A stretch of 64,000 bases of DNA from an uncultured Actinomycetes bacterium (GTDB lineage Bacteria; Actinomycetota; UBA4738; HRBIN12), in contig CAVTOC010000006.1 of assembly GCA_963736335.1 (NCBI GenBank), positions 650,140 to 714,139 on the forward strand, given 5' to 3'. A program made the position numbers and the translations under genes. Every line of letters begins with the position of its first letter. The first letter of the stretch is position 1. The notes beneath the pieces are model-generated. The model was not told the DNA's origin. It made no database searches and worked only from the letters and a program-made list of their open reading frames with translations. Shown piece after piece: positions 8,345-17,954 of this stretch.

Positions 8345-9214
8345 TCAGGCGAACGGCACGGCGAAGTCGCAGTAGGGGGCGCTCGTCTCAGTGACCGGCT
8401 CGCTCGCGAGGTAGGTGATCCGCACGCCGAGATCCTCGGGCTTGAGGACCAGACGTTCAGGGTCGATGCCGTGCTCGGCCGCCCACGCGTGCAATGCCTC
8501 CGACGCGAGCTGCCACTGCACTGCAGGGTTCCCTCCCGGTCCAGCTGGTAGCGCGTCGTTCGGTATCGCGACGTACGCCTCGCGATGTGCGGGTTCGGTC
8601 CGCAAACTCAACTCCGGGTAATGCGATGCCAGCGCCTTCGCGTCCGACTCCGGGACCGGCTTGCACATCTCAACGGGGCCGTCGCTGTCGGCGCTTACCT
8701 CACCCCAGTAGATGGTGAACATCGCGCCTTCTCGCCCGTTCATCTTCGGTAGCGGTCGCTCGCGCAGGATCGCGATGAATTCCTTGCCGAGCGCCCATGC
8801 GCCCTGTTCGTCGACACTGCGCTTCAGGCAGAGCAAGCTCCGCTCGGGCATCTCTCGCGTAGCGACCTCGTACATGACAGACCTCTTTCCGCTCAGTCGG
8901 TTGACGAGGTAGTCGGCGAGCGCGCGGCGCGCGTCGTGGGCGGACTCGACCTCCCGCCAATGCGCCGCTATCCGCTCTGCGACAACAGCCGGATCGCATA
9001 CGAGCAGTTCCTTGATCGCCGCAAGCGGCAACCCAAGCTGACGCAACATCGCGACGAGGCGCGCTGTTTCGAGCTGCGCGGCGTCGTAGTAGCGATAGCC
9101 GGAGGCTTCATCGACACGCGCGGGAACCAGCACCCCAAGTTCGTCGTAGAGACGCAGCGCCTTAACCGACAGACGTGAGCGCCTTGCGAACTCGCCGATG
9201 CTGACTTCTTCCAC
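8345..9214 (-). CDS. MerR-family transcriptional regulator with a GyrI-like effector-binding C-terminal domain
   Basis: N-terminus MEEVSIGEFARRSRLSVKALRLYDELGVLVPARVDEASGYRYYDAAQLETARLVAMLRQLGLPLAAIKELL is a MerR HTH. It is followed by a roughly 160-aa effector-type domain. Confidence 0.85.
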   Translation of the reverse strand: MEEVSIGEFARRSRLSVKALRLYDELGVLVPARVDEASGYRYYDAAQLETARLVAMLRQLGLPLAAIKELLVCDPAVVAERIAAHWREVESAHDARRALADYLVNRLSGKRSVMYEVATREMPERSLLCLKRSVDEQGAWALGKEFIAILRERPLPKMNGREGAMFTIYWGEVSADSDGPVEMCKPVPESDAKALASHYPELSLRTEPAHREAYVAIPNDALPAGPGGNPAVQWQLASEALHAWAAEHGIDPERLVLKPEDLGVRITYLASEPVTETSAPYCDFAVPFA

Positions 9215-9259
9215 GCGTCATACTCCCCCGTCATCGAGCCGAACGGCTCGACACATCGA

Positions 9260-9565
9260 GTGTGCGGCCTCCCCAAGGGGGAGAGTCAAGTTCACATCCC
9301 CGTCCGCCTCCGATGGGATGAGATCGTGGCGCAGAGCGTCGCGTGGGAGCTCGGGGGCGACGCCGGCGAGGCGGTGCGCGAGCACGAGAGGGCCGTGCTC
9401 GAGGCGGGCGGCGTGGCGCTTCGCTACGGCCAGTTCTACGGACCGGGGACCTACTTCGAGGACGAGGAGCCATCCCCGCCGCGCATCCACGTGGATGAGG
9501 CGGCCCGCCGAACCGCGCCGGCGCTCGGTGCCGCGCCGAGGGTGATCATCATCGCCGAAGCGTGA
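9260..9565 (+). pseudogene. C-terminal remnant of an NAD(P)-binding SDR/NmrA-like epimerase-type protein
   Basis: Only the tail is present: ...GVALRYGQFYGPGTYFEDEEPSPPRIHVDEAARRTAPALGAAPRVIIIAEA. There is no Rossmann GxxGxxG part. Recognisable sequence begins right at the tRNA-like repeat. Confidence 0.45.
9289..9312 (+). repeat. Degenerate copy of the tRNA-Sec 3' half (att-like direct repeat)
   Basis: GTTCACATCCCCGTCCGCCTCCG here versus GTTCGATTCCCGTCCGCCTCCG at 8186-8205. There is a 14-nt exact core CCCGTCCGCCTCCG, in the same orientation. Confidence 0.55.
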
Positions 9566-9900
9566 TCGACGCGACGGTGGGTAGGCTGGAGACCATGCAA
9601 TCGCAGCTCCAGGAGATCGCCGACCGGATCGACTCGACCGTCGAGGAGCTGCTGGCGTTCCTCGACTCCCCCTCCGGCCGAAGGCTGCGCAAGCGCCTGG
9701 CCACCGGGCTGATCATCTCCGTGCCGCTGATCATGCGGATCCCCTGGCTCCGCCGAACACCGCTCGGCAGGCTGATCGAGGTGGGAGGCGGAGCGGCACT
9801 CGTGATGAAACTCGCCGAGCTGATCCGCGACTGGGAACGCGACCACCCAGACGGCGCGCAACCCCAGGTGATCGACGTTCCCCCCGTGCCTCCCGCCTGA
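9562..9900 (+). CDS. Hypothetical protein (start possibly ATG at 9595)
   Basis: 112-aa ORF with a plausible composition (MQSQLQEIADRIDSTVEELLAFLDSPSGRRLRKRLATGLIISVPLIM...). It has one hydrophobic segment. No family recognised. Confidence 0.5.
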   Translation: MIDATVGRLETMQSQLQEIADRIDSTVEELLAFLDSPSGRRLRKRLATGLIISVPLIMRIPWLRRTPLGRLIEVGGGAALVMKLAELIRDWERDHPDGAQPQVIDVPPVPPA

Positions 9901-9906
9901 GCTCGC

Positions 9907-11490
9907 TCAGGTCGACGAGCGCGCTCGCCGTCCCGTCGCGTGGATCACCTCTCGGGCCGCGCGCAGCCCCGTCTCGACGCCGCCGTTGAGATAGCCCTGG
10001 CTGTACGTGGACGTGTGCTCACCTGCGAAGTGCACGTTGCCCTGCGGGAGCCCCATGTAGCCGAAGAAGCTCGTCCACTGCCCGGGCAGGAACGCCGCGT
10101 AGGAGCCCTTCACCCACGGGTCGTCCACCCATGAGTCCAGCCACGAGCGCCCGTTGTACGAGTCGCGTATCCCGGGGAGGTACGTGTCGAGGAACGCCAG
10201 CGCATCGTCGACCACCCCCGGGGGTGCCGACGCGTGGGGCTCGTCGACCGGATAGCCGGCCCCGGTCTTCCCGCCCGAGAAGATGGTCAACAGCCCGCCG
10301 GGCCCCGGCTCCGCCAGGGCGCTGTCCCAGCTGTCGGTCTTGGGAACGTCCAGGTCGAACAGGCCGTTCCACCCGAACGTCGGGAACCGGTCCTCGAACT
10401 GCAGGAGCACCTTCGCGTTCGTGCCCATCCCGAGCTCGTCGATCGCTCGCATCCGATCGTGGTCGAACCCCGCTCCCGTCAGGTCGACGTCGCGGAGCGT
10501 GGTGAACGGCAGGCAGAGGACGACGTGGTCGGCGACCACGGGTGACGCCACGCCTCCGAAGTCGAGCTCGTACGTTCCGTCGGAGCGTTGCCGCATCGCC
10601 TCGAGCGGCGACTCGAGGTGAAGCGCGCCTGAAGGCAGCAGGTCGGCCAGCATGTTCGGGACCTGATCGTTCCCACCCCGGATGTGGTAGCGCTCGTCGG
10701 CGGGTCCACCCGGGTACGGCGTGATGTACGTGTCGAGCAGCGTGATCGCCGACGTGTCCTCGGGGTCGATGCCCCAGAACCCGGTGAGACCGATATCCAT
10801 CGACAGGCCGAGCAGCGACCCGCTCCCGCCCGGAACGTTGTCGTCCATCCACTCGCGCATCGTCATCTGGTCGAACGCTTTCGCCGCCGGTCCCGCTTGC
10901 CCCCAGCGATAGGGGCCGACCTTCTTCGCGTCACGCATGAGCCGCCGGATCACCACGTCGAAGTGCGCGTGCACCGCGTGACGATCCCGCTGTTCGCCCT
11001 CGAGCACCAGGAGACCGGTCACGTCGCTTTCGTCCGAGTAGGCCGGGAACAGGTCGTCCAGCTGGAGACCGAGCGCGGCGACGAGCCGGCGGAGCTGCAC
11101 GTGCCGCGTATCGACGAACTCCCCTCCGTGCTCGGCCACCTGGCCGTCAGCGAACGACCGAGCGGACCAGCACCGGCCCCCGACGCGGTCGCGGGACTCG
11201 TAGAGGTCGGCCGGGATGCCGTGCTGCTGCAGTTTGTAGGCACAGGACACCCCGGCGAGCCCGGCGCCCACCACGACGACGCGCGGATCGTGGGCCCCGC
11301 GGCGACGCGGACGCGCCAGCGCGGCGAGCGGCCGTGCAACGGCCAGCCCCGCTCCCAGGACGCCGGCACCCTGCAGCACCTGACGCCGGCTGAGCTGCAG
11401 GCGCTGGAGCTGGATCGCCTCGTCCAACGACAGGGGCCGATCCTCCGGAAGCGACGCGTAAACGTCGGCCAGCTCGCGCATCGCCCGCAT
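9907..11490 (-). CDS. Tat-exported flavin-containing amine oxidase family protein
   Basis: Twin-arginine signal LSRRQVLQGAGVLGAGLAVARPLAALA, followed by the dinucleotide fold VVVVGAGLAGVSCAYKLQQHGIPADLYESRDRVGGR. The Arg-rich 104-aa upstream extension in the track (to 11802) overlaps the neighbouring gene and was discarded in favour of ATG at 11490. Confidence 0.85.
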   Translation of the reverse strand: MRAMRELADVYASLPEDRPLSLDEAIQLQRLQLSRRQVLQGAGVLGAGLAVARPLAALARPRRRGAHDPRVVVVGAGLAGVSCAYKLQQHGIPADLYESRDRVGGRCWSARSFADGQVAEHGGEFVDTRHVQLRRLVAALGLQLDDLFPAYSDESDVTGLLVLEGEQRDRHAVHAHFDVVIRRLMRDAKKVGPYRWGQAGPAAKAFDQMTMREWMDDNVPGGSGSLLGLSMDIGLTGFWGIDPEDTSAITLLDTYITPYPGGPADERYHIRGGNDQVPNMLADLLPSGALHLESPLEAMRQRSDGTYELDFGGVASPVVADHVVLCLPFTTLRDVDLTGAGFDHDRMRAIDELGMGTNAKVLLQFEDRFPTFGWNGLFDLDVPKTDSWDSALAEPGPGGLLTIFSGGKTGAGYPVDEPHASAPPGVVDDALAFLDTYLPGIRDSYNGRSWLDSWVDDPWVKGSYAAFLPGQWTSFFGYMGLPQGNVHFAGEHTSTYSQGYLNGGVETGLRAAREVIHATGRRARSST

Positions 11491-11536
11491 CAAGGGTGTC
11501 CGTCGTCCCACTCTGCCGCCTCCCGATGTCCGGCCC

Positions 11537-12529
11537 TCAGACCGGCTCGTCCTCGAGCTCGAGCACGGGATCCATCTCGTCCGGTTCGAGCGTGCCCACC
11601 GTTTCCTTGTGGATGGCGCGACGGTACAGCAGGAGCGTCGGAAGCTGTAGCGCGGCCGACGCGACGAGCGCGAGGGGGACCCCGATGCCCCCCGCGATCG
11701 CGCCGAGCACCGGCCCCCCCGCCGTCTGCCCCACCGCCGTCTGCCCCACCGCGTCGGCCTGACCGCCGACCGAGTTGATCGTCGCGCGGGTCTTCGGATC
11801 AAGCCCCTGGTTGATCCATACCCGGAACACCGGATCGCGCACGCTCCGGAGCGCGCCGACCACCCACATCGCCGCGAGCGCCACCCAGAACTGCCCCGTC
11901 AGCGCGAACGCGATGACACTAAGGACCAGGAAGACGTCGATCGCGGCCAGGATCCGCGCGACGGGGACGTGACCTTCCCTCCTCGGGCATCACGATCCAG
12001 AGCGCTGCAGCCAGCAGCAGCTGACCGGCGCCCGCCACGAGGATCGGCAACGCGAGGTTCACGGTCGCGAGCGCCACGCCCGCGACGATCCCCGCCAACG
12101 CGGCCGCATGCCAGAACTGATCGTCCCGGAGGTACAGCGGTCGAGCGGCAGTCTCCCCGACCTCGTCCGTGAGCCACGCGACGTCGGCGCCGCTCTCGAA
12201 CGTCGCGAAGCTCCCCCAGATCAGTTGCGAGGCAGCTGCCATCCCGAAGCTGTGCGAGAACCCGAGGAGCAGGAACCCGATGCCCCCCCGCCCAGGCCGA
12301 TGACGATGGACGTGCGCCGACTGATGGTGTCGGCCACGATACCGGTAGGCGTTTCGAACAAGAGGTACGAGCCCTCCAAGACCGTCCCCAACAGCACCAG
12401 CTGGAACGGACCGAGGCCCAATCGCAGGATGAGGAACACGCTGAAGATCACGCCCATCATCCGCGAGAAGAACCCGTTGATCGCCATATACGCGAGGAAC
12501 ACGGGGACGGCGCGCATCCGTCGGTTCAT
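11537..12529 (-). pseudogene. MFS transporter split over three frames (two 1-nt indels)
   Basis: Piece 1 (12529 to about 12295): MNRRMRAVPVFLAYMAINGFFSRMMGVIFSVFLILRLGLGPFQLVLLGTVLEGSYLLFETPTGIVADTISRRTSIVIGLG. Piece 2: GIGFLLLGFSHSFGMAAASQLIWGSFATFESG...LWIVMPEEG. Piece 3 (to 11537): HVPVARILAAIDVFLVLSVIAFALTGQFWVALAAMWVVGA...LELEDEPV. The junctions fall at a run of 7 C (about 12291-12297) and at about 11972. Confidence 0.75.
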
Positions 12530-12760
12530 CCTTCGTCCTTCCGACGCCGGCCAAGCCGGCGCTGATAGGGCGCCGAGAACGGGGGCGTTCGTGGACCTTC
12601 GGATGCGACGAACGGTCCAGCCCAGCCGTCACGCGACGCGAACAGCCGAACACAGAGGTCCGGCAAAGGTCGGTGAGGTCGTTGGCTATACCGCTGTCAT
12701 GCTCGAGCGAGTTTCCCGGACGTCCCGGGGCGTGTCAACCGCGACCGACGGCGGGGCCGG

Positions 12761-13006
12761 CTACATGTTGTCGGTGATGCGGAAGAACGCTTCGTCCTCG
12801 TCGCGTCGCTTCCCTCGCATATCGGCGAGCGCGGCCAGCGCACCCGCCCACAGGACGAAGAACCCCACGGTGAGGCTGACCAGTCCGCCGATCTCATAGA
12901 TGCCGAGCACCATCAGGACGAACCCGGCGATGAGGAGTGCGTCGGCGATCAGCTCGCGGAGCCGGATCGACCGTTTTCGGATCTCGGGGCGGCGAAGGGT
13001 ATCCAC
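12761..13006 (-). CDS. Small two-TM membrane protein, hypothetical
   Basis: 81 aa with two hydrophobic spans (ALLIAGFVLMVLGIY, LVSLTVGFFVLWAGALAAL). Codon third positions are GC-rich, as in the neighbouring genes. Confidence 0.55.
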   Translation of the reverse strand: MDTLRRPEIRKRSIRLRELIADALLIAGFVLMVLGIYEIGGLVSLTVGFFVLWAGALAALADMRGKRRDEDEAFFRITDNM

Positions 13007-13028
13007 GATGCTCCGATCTACTCGGTTC

Positions 13029-13045
13029 CTACCCTAAGAGGGTAG
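13029..13045. promoter_or_regulatory. Perfect 7-3-7 palindrome in the divergent promoter region
   Basis: CTACCCT-AAG-AGGGTAG lies between the small membrane gene (ATG at 13006) and ppx (GTG at 13103). Confidence 0.25.
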
Positions 13046-13102
13046 GCCTCCGCGTCGCCGACCCGCAACCGCACCCACGTCGCGATATGCGAGCATCGAT
13101 CC

Positions 13103-14626
13103 GTGCCCGACGCGACCGTATCCGCCGCACACGACGAACGACCGTTCGCCGTTCTCGATGTCGGGTCGAACTCGGCCCGGATGATCGTCTTCCGGCTGCG
13201 GGAGGGCGAGCACCTCGACGTGATCGAGGACGCGCGCGCCCCGCTCAGGCTGGCGCGCGAGCTCCATACCGGAGCCGAGCTCGGTCCGGAGGCGATCGAA
13301 CGAACCCTTGAGGCGCTCAGGGATTTCCGCGCGGTCGCGGAAGGGGCAGGTGCCGATCGGATCCTCGCGGTCGCGACCTCGGCCGTCCGCGACGCGCTCG
13401 ACGGACATATCCTGCTCGAGCGTGCACGGGAGCTCGGGGTTCCGCTCGAGATCATCGACGGCGACACGGAGGCCCACCTCGGTTTCATCGGCGCCGTCCA
13501 CGACCTTCCGGTCGCGAGCGGCGCGACGCTCGACGTCGGTGGGGGAAGCGCCGAGATCTCGCGGTTCCGCGAGCGCCGTCTGAACCGCTCGTGGATGTTC
13601 GAGCTCGGGTCGCTCAGGGTGAGCGACCGGTTCCTCGAGGACGACCCCCCGTCGGCCGCACAGCTGAAACGTATGCGGAAGCACGTGAGCGAAACGCTCC
13701 GCGCTGCCGACATCGAGGACTTGACGAGCGGCGAGGTCCTCGTCGGGATCGGGGGAACGGTTCGGAACCTGGCGAAGGTCGACATGCATCGGACCGAGCA
13801 TCCACTCGGCTTGCTGCACGGCTACGAGCTCGGGGCCGATCGGCTGGAGACCATCCTCGTCGACCTGGCGGGCAAGTCCATGAAGCGCCGCGCGCAGGTC
13901 GCCGGCTTGAACCCCGACCGCGCCGACTCGGTGATCGGTGGCGCGGTCGTCTTGCTGGAGGTCATGTCCGCGCTCGGAGGCGATCGGATCGTCGTGTCCA
14001 GCCGCGGGGTACGCGAAGGGCTCGCGCTCGGCGGACCCGACGCCACCCTGCCGCCTCCGCGCTGGGTGCGCACGATCTCGATCGCCACGCTCTCCGCGCG
14101 GTTCGCCAGCTGGGACGTTCGAGCCGCGGAGCGCCGAACGATGATCGCCACGCGCTTGCACGACACGCTCGACCCCGAAGCGCGCGACGCGGTCCGCGAG
14201 ATGCTGGTCCACGCGTCCACGGTCCTCGACGTTGGGCGAGCGATCGATTACTACGACCGCTTCGAGCACGCGGCCATGATCGTCACGTCGGCGGACCTGG
14301 GCGGGTTCACGCATGAGCACCTCGGCATCCTGTCGGCGATCCTGCGACAGGCGGACGACGACATCCGGCTCGGTCCGTACCGGCGGTTGATCGGCGTGGA
14401 GGACCGATCCGCGGTGCTCCGCGCCGCGACGGTCCTGGCGCTCGCAGACGAGCTGAAGCGTCGCATCCCACCCGAGCTGCGTGCCGTGATCGGATGCACC
14501 TGGCATCCCGCGGCCTTCGTCGTCGAAGGGCCGTTCCCGCCGGGCTGGCGGCCACGCGGCGTGGCCGATCGTTTCCGGCAGGTGTTCAAGCGACCGCTCC
14601 ACGTGCTGTCCCGCCGACCGGCCTAG
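13103..14626 (+). CDS. ppx: Ppx/GppA-family exopolyphosphatase / guanosine pentaphosphate phosphohydrolase
   Basis: FAVLDVGSNSARMIVFRL, ATSAVRDA and LDVGGGSAEI are ASKHA-fold motifs. A C-terminal HD-like region is present. Confidence 0.85.
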   Translation: MPDATVSAAHDERPFAVLDVGSNSARMIVFRLREGEHLDVIEDARAPLRLARELHTGAELGPEAIERTLEALRDFRAVAEGAGADRILAVATSAVRDALDGHILLERARELGVPLEIIDGDTEAHLGFIGAVHDLPVASGATLDVGGGSAEISRFRERRLNRSWMFELGSLRVSDRFLEDDPPSAAQLKRMRKHVSETLRAADIEDLTSGEVLVGIGGTVRNLAKVDMHRTEHPLGLLHGYELGADRLETILVDLAGKSMKRRAQVAGLNPDRADSVIGGAVVLLEVMSALGGDRIVVSSRGVREGLALGGPDATLPPPRWVRTISIATLSARFASWDVRAAERRTMIATRLHDTLDPEARDAVREMLVHASTVLDVGRAIDYYDRFEHAAMIVTSADLGGFTHEHLGILSAILRQADDDIRLGPYRRLIGVEDRSAVLRAATVLALADELKRRIPPELRAVIGCTWHPAAFVVEGPFPPGWRPRGVADRFRQVFKRPLHVLSRRPA

Positions 14627-14627
14627 G

Positions 14628-16049
14628 ATGACGTCGGCTGCGAACGAGGTGGACATGCGGATCCTGACGATCGACCTGGGTACCAGCGCGACGAAGGCCG
14701 CCCTGTGGTCGGAGGACGGCCCGAGCGCGACCGGACGGGCCCCCGTGGACGTCGAGCACCCGCGACCGGGATGGGCGGAGCAGGATCCCGAATCATGGTG
14801 GACGTCGACCATCGCTGCCTGTCGGCAACTCCCTCCGGAGGAGCTGTCGCAGGTCGACGCCGTCGGTTTCTCCACCCAACGCGACACCTTCGTCCCCGTG
14901 ACGACGTCCGGGGAGCCCATCGGCCGGGCGATCGCCGCGGCAGATCGACGGGCGACGGAGGAAGTGGAAACCCTTGGCAAGGACTTCCACGTGCTCACCG
15001 GCGTGGTGCCGGACGCGGGTACCGTCGCGGCCAAGGTCGCGTGGGTACGCCGGCACGAGCCGGATCGATTGAGTGGTGGTCATCGCTGGATCCTGGGAGC
15101 CAGAGACCTGATGGTGTTCCGGCTGACCGGTCGCGCGATCACCGACGCCTCCGTCGCGTCGCGGACCGGCTTGATCGCCCTCGACGGAGCCGGCCTCGAG
15201 GGGGCGGATCTCCTCCCGGAGATCGTCGGATCGACCACGATCGTCGGCAAGGTTCTCCCTGAGGCGTCGGCGGCCATCGGCCTGAAGGCGGGAACGCCCG
15301 TCGTCGCGGGCGCGGGCGATCGAGCGTGCGAGGTGCTCGGCGTCGCGGCCACGACGGCCCGGCCCATGGTGTCCTGGGGATCAGTCGCCGGCGTGTCGGT
15401 TCCCGTGGGCCATGTGCCGGCTCCGGACCCGGGGATCTTCGTTTCCCGTGGAGCGCTCGGTGGCTACGTGATGGAGGCCGACCTTCCCTTGGCCGGCTCG
15501 GCGCTCGCGTGGCTGGGCCGGCTCACGGGTCTCAGTCCCGATCAGCTCACGCAGCAAGCGGACGACATCGACGCGGGCGCCGGGGGGCTCCTCGCGCTCG
15601 CCTGGCTCGGCGGGGCTCGGGCGCCGTGGTGGGAAGCTCGCACCGGTCTCACGTTCGTCGGGCTGACGTCTGTGCACACGGCCGCGCACCTGGCACGCGC
15701 GCTGGTCGAGGGGATCGCGTTCGATGCGGTCCGCTGTCTCGATCGTGCCGCACCCGATGCGGTCGAGCTCTCACTCGCCGGACGCGGGGCGGCGATGCCG
15801 CTGTGGCGTCGGGTGCTCTCCGGCGTGGCGAATCGGCCCGTCGTCGCGCGCTCGCACGGCGAGGCAGCCTCCACGGGCGCCGCGATCGTCACGGGGAGCG
15901 CGTTGGGGGTGCATCTGGACGCCGACCGGCTCGACCCGGTGTCGACGCGCGAGCGTCCGTTCGACTCCGACGTCGTGGCGTACGGCGATCTGCGGATGCG
16001 ACACGAGATGGTGGCGCGCGCCACGGTCAGCGCGTTGATCGGCCGGTAG
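14628..16049 (+). CDS. FGGY-family carbohydrate kinase (xylulokinase-like)
   Basis: ILTIDLGTSATKAALW, GWAEQDPESWW and a GAGDRACE-type motif. Start is coupled to the ppx stop (TAGGATG). Confidence 0.85.
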   Translation: MTSAANEVDMRILTIDLGTSATKAALWSEDGPSATGRAPVDVEHPRPGWAEQDPESWWTSTIAACRQLPPEELSQVDAVGFSTQRDTFVPVTTSGEPIGRAIAAADRRATEEVETLGKDFHVLTGVVPDAGTVAAKVAWVRRHEPDRLSGGHRWILGARDLMVFRLTGRAITDASVASRTGLIALDGAGLEGADLLPEIVGSTTIVGKVLPEASAAIGLKAGTPVVAGAGDRACEVLGVAATTARPMVSWGSVAGVSVPVGHVPAPDPGIFVSRGALGGYVMEADLPLAGSALAWLGRLTGLSPDQLTQQADDIDAGAGGLLALAWLGGARAPWWEARTGLTFVGLTSVHTAAHLARALVEGIAFDAVRCLDRAAPDAVELSLAGRGAAMPLWRRVLSGVANRPVVARSHGEAASTGAAIVTGSALGVHLDADRLDPVSTRERPFDSDVVAYGDLRMRHEMVARATVSALIGR

Positions 16050-16067
16050 TCCCGACCTCGCCGGAGC

Positions 16068-17015
16068 TCACGGGATGAGACCGGCGGAGCGGTACGCGTC
16101 CTCGACGACCCGCATCACCACGCGGCCGTCCTCGCCGGACGGGCGCGGCTGGCGTCCCTCGCCGATCGCGTCCAGGAACTCCGCCACCTGCGCGCTGTAC
16201 ATCGGCTGCGTGCAGTGCTCGTAGTCGGCCGACGGAGCCTCCGCCGGCCAGATCCTCGCGTACCCCTTCGTCCCGTAGACCTCGGTGTCGGCCTCCAGTC
16301 CGCCCAGGTGAGGGTGCCACCATCCGGACTCCACGACGCTGTTCGTTCCGTTGTCCCACGCGATCATGACGACGCCGTCGTCGTCGACGGTGTAGCGGCC
16401 TTCCGCGTACCGCGTGCCGATGGTCGCGCAGACGCGGCCGGGCGCAGGATCGCCGAGCAGGTACCGGGCGGTGTCGATCGCGTGCACGCCCATGTCGACC
16501 AGCGCTCCTCCACCGGCGAGCTCCGGGTCGGTGAACCATCCGCTCGGGCCCCAGCCGGCGTGCACGCCGTAACCGTGGGTCTTCACGATCTCGCCGAGCT
16601 CTCCGGCCGCGATGCGCGCGCGCATCGCACGGACCTCGTCGCGGAACCGCCAGCAGTGCGCGACCATCAGGAACGCGCCACCCTCGTGCGATGCGGCGAT
16701 CATCTCGTCGCATCCGGCCACCGACGTCGCCATGGGCTTCTCGACCATCACGTGCTTCCCGTTGCGCAGCAACGCGGCTGATTGCGGAGCGTGGAGCGCG
16801 TTGGGCGTCGACACGACGGCCGCCTCGACCTCGGGATCGGCGGCCAGCGCCTCCCAGTCGGTGGTCACGCGCGGGATCCCGTACCGCTCGGCGAACGCTC
16901 GGGCCGTCTCCTCACGATGGTTCGCGACGGCGACGATCACGTCACCGTGCTCGAGCACGCCGCGGGCGTGGAAGTCCTGGATCCACCCGCAGCCGAACAG
17001 CGCGACGCGGGTCAT
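16068..17015 (-). CDS. Gfo/Idh/MocA-family NAD(P)-dependent oxidoreductase
   Basis: MTRVALFGCGWIQDFHARGV...VVSTPNALHAPQSAALLRNGKHVMVEKPMA. Confidence 0.85.
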   Translation of the reverse strand: MTRVALFGCGWIQDFHARGVLEHGDVIVAVANHREETARAFAERYGIPRVTTDWEALAADPEVEAAVVSTPNALHAPQSAALLRNGKHVMVEKPMATSVAGCDEMIAASHEGGAFLMVAHCWRFRDEVRAMRARIAAGELGEIVKTHGYGVHAGWGPSGWFTDPELAGGGALVDMGVHAIDTARYLLGDPAPGRVCATIGTRYAEGRYTVDDDGVVMIAWDNGTNSVVESGWWHPHLGGLEADTEVYGTKGYARIWPAEAPSADYEHCTQPMYSAQVAEFLDAIGEGRQPRPSGEDGRVVMRVVEDAYRSAGLIP

Positions 17016-17021
17016 GCGGCG

Positions 17022-17954
17022 CTAGCCCTTGACGCCGGTGAGCGTCACACCCTCGACGAACGCCCGCTGGGCGAGGAAGAACAGGATGATCAGCGGGAGC
17101 ATGAACATGATCGACATCGCCATGGTGAGGTTCCACTCGGTGCCGTGCCGCTGTTGGAACTCCGTGAGGCCGAGCGTCAGCGTCCAGAGGTGCTGGTTGT
17201 TCCCGACGAAGAGCAGCGGCGAGAACAGGTCGTTCCAGTTGTAGAGGAAGTTGAACAGCGCCACCGCGGCGATCGCGGGCTTGGCGAGTGGCACGATCAC
17301 GCGCGTCATGATCTGGAACTCGCTCGCGCCGTCCACGCGGGCGGCGTCGGAAAGCTCCTCGGGGATCGTCATGAAGAACTGTCGCAGCAGGAAGATCGAG
17401 AACGCGTCGCCCAGGAAGCTCGGGAGGATCAGCGGGGTCAGGTGGTCGATCTGGCCCAACCGCACCCACAGGACGTACAGCGGGACGATCGTCACCTGAA
17501 CGGGAAGCATCAACGTCGAGAGCACCAGGAGGAACGCCACCTGGCGACCCTTCCAGCGCATCCGTCGCGAGTGCATAGGCGACGGGGATGCACGACAGGA
17601 TGATCCCGACCGTCGACAGGAGCGCGATCTGCAGCGTGTTCCACGTGTACAGGAAGAACGGCACCCGATGGAAGACCTTCGCGAAGTTGCTCCACACGAA
17701 CGGGTGAGGGATGAACGAGGGCGTGACGGCCTGTTCGCTTGGTCATCAGCGCCGTCATGACGATGAAGAAGAACGGTGCCAGGAACATCGCGGCGAACGC
17801 GATCAGGATGGCGTGTTGCCCGACGGAGCTGAGGAAGCGGTGTCGCTTCACGTGCGGGGGGATCGGACGGGAGTCGATCGCCGGGGATCGCGCCGAGATC
17901 GAACGCCTCGCCGACCTCTTCGAGCCTGGTTCCCTGACCACCGATGGTCGTCAT
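17022..17954 (-). pseudogene. Carbohydrate ABC transporter permease (MalG/AraQ-like) with about 3 frameshifts
   Basis: The protein must be read across three frames: MTTIGGQGTRLEEVGEAFDLGAI | SPAIDSRPIPPHVKRHRFLSSVGQHAILIAFAAMFLAPFFFIVMTALMTK | ..PHPFVWSNFAKVFHRVPFFLYTWNTLQIALLSTVGIILSCIPVAYALA | RMRWKGRQVAFLLVLSTLMLP...DAARVDGASEFQIMTRVIVPLAKPA...GVKG. The 474-aa track ORF 17022-18446 is a chimera of in-frame and out-of-frame pieces. Confidence 0.8.

Noticed and set aside
9907-11802. Long N-terminal extensions of track ORFs (amine oxidase to 11802; GH-like to 39911; NPP to 48314; zur to 51790; M20 to 30575)
   Set aside because: The extensions are Arg-rich, overlap neighbouring genes and precede obvious signal peptides or conserved N-termini. 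I chose internal starts instead.
13034-15034. 666-aa minus-strand ORF across ppx and the FGGY kinase
   Set aside because: It is antisense to two genes with strong family motifs, and its composition is Arg/Asp/Pro-biased with no motifs.
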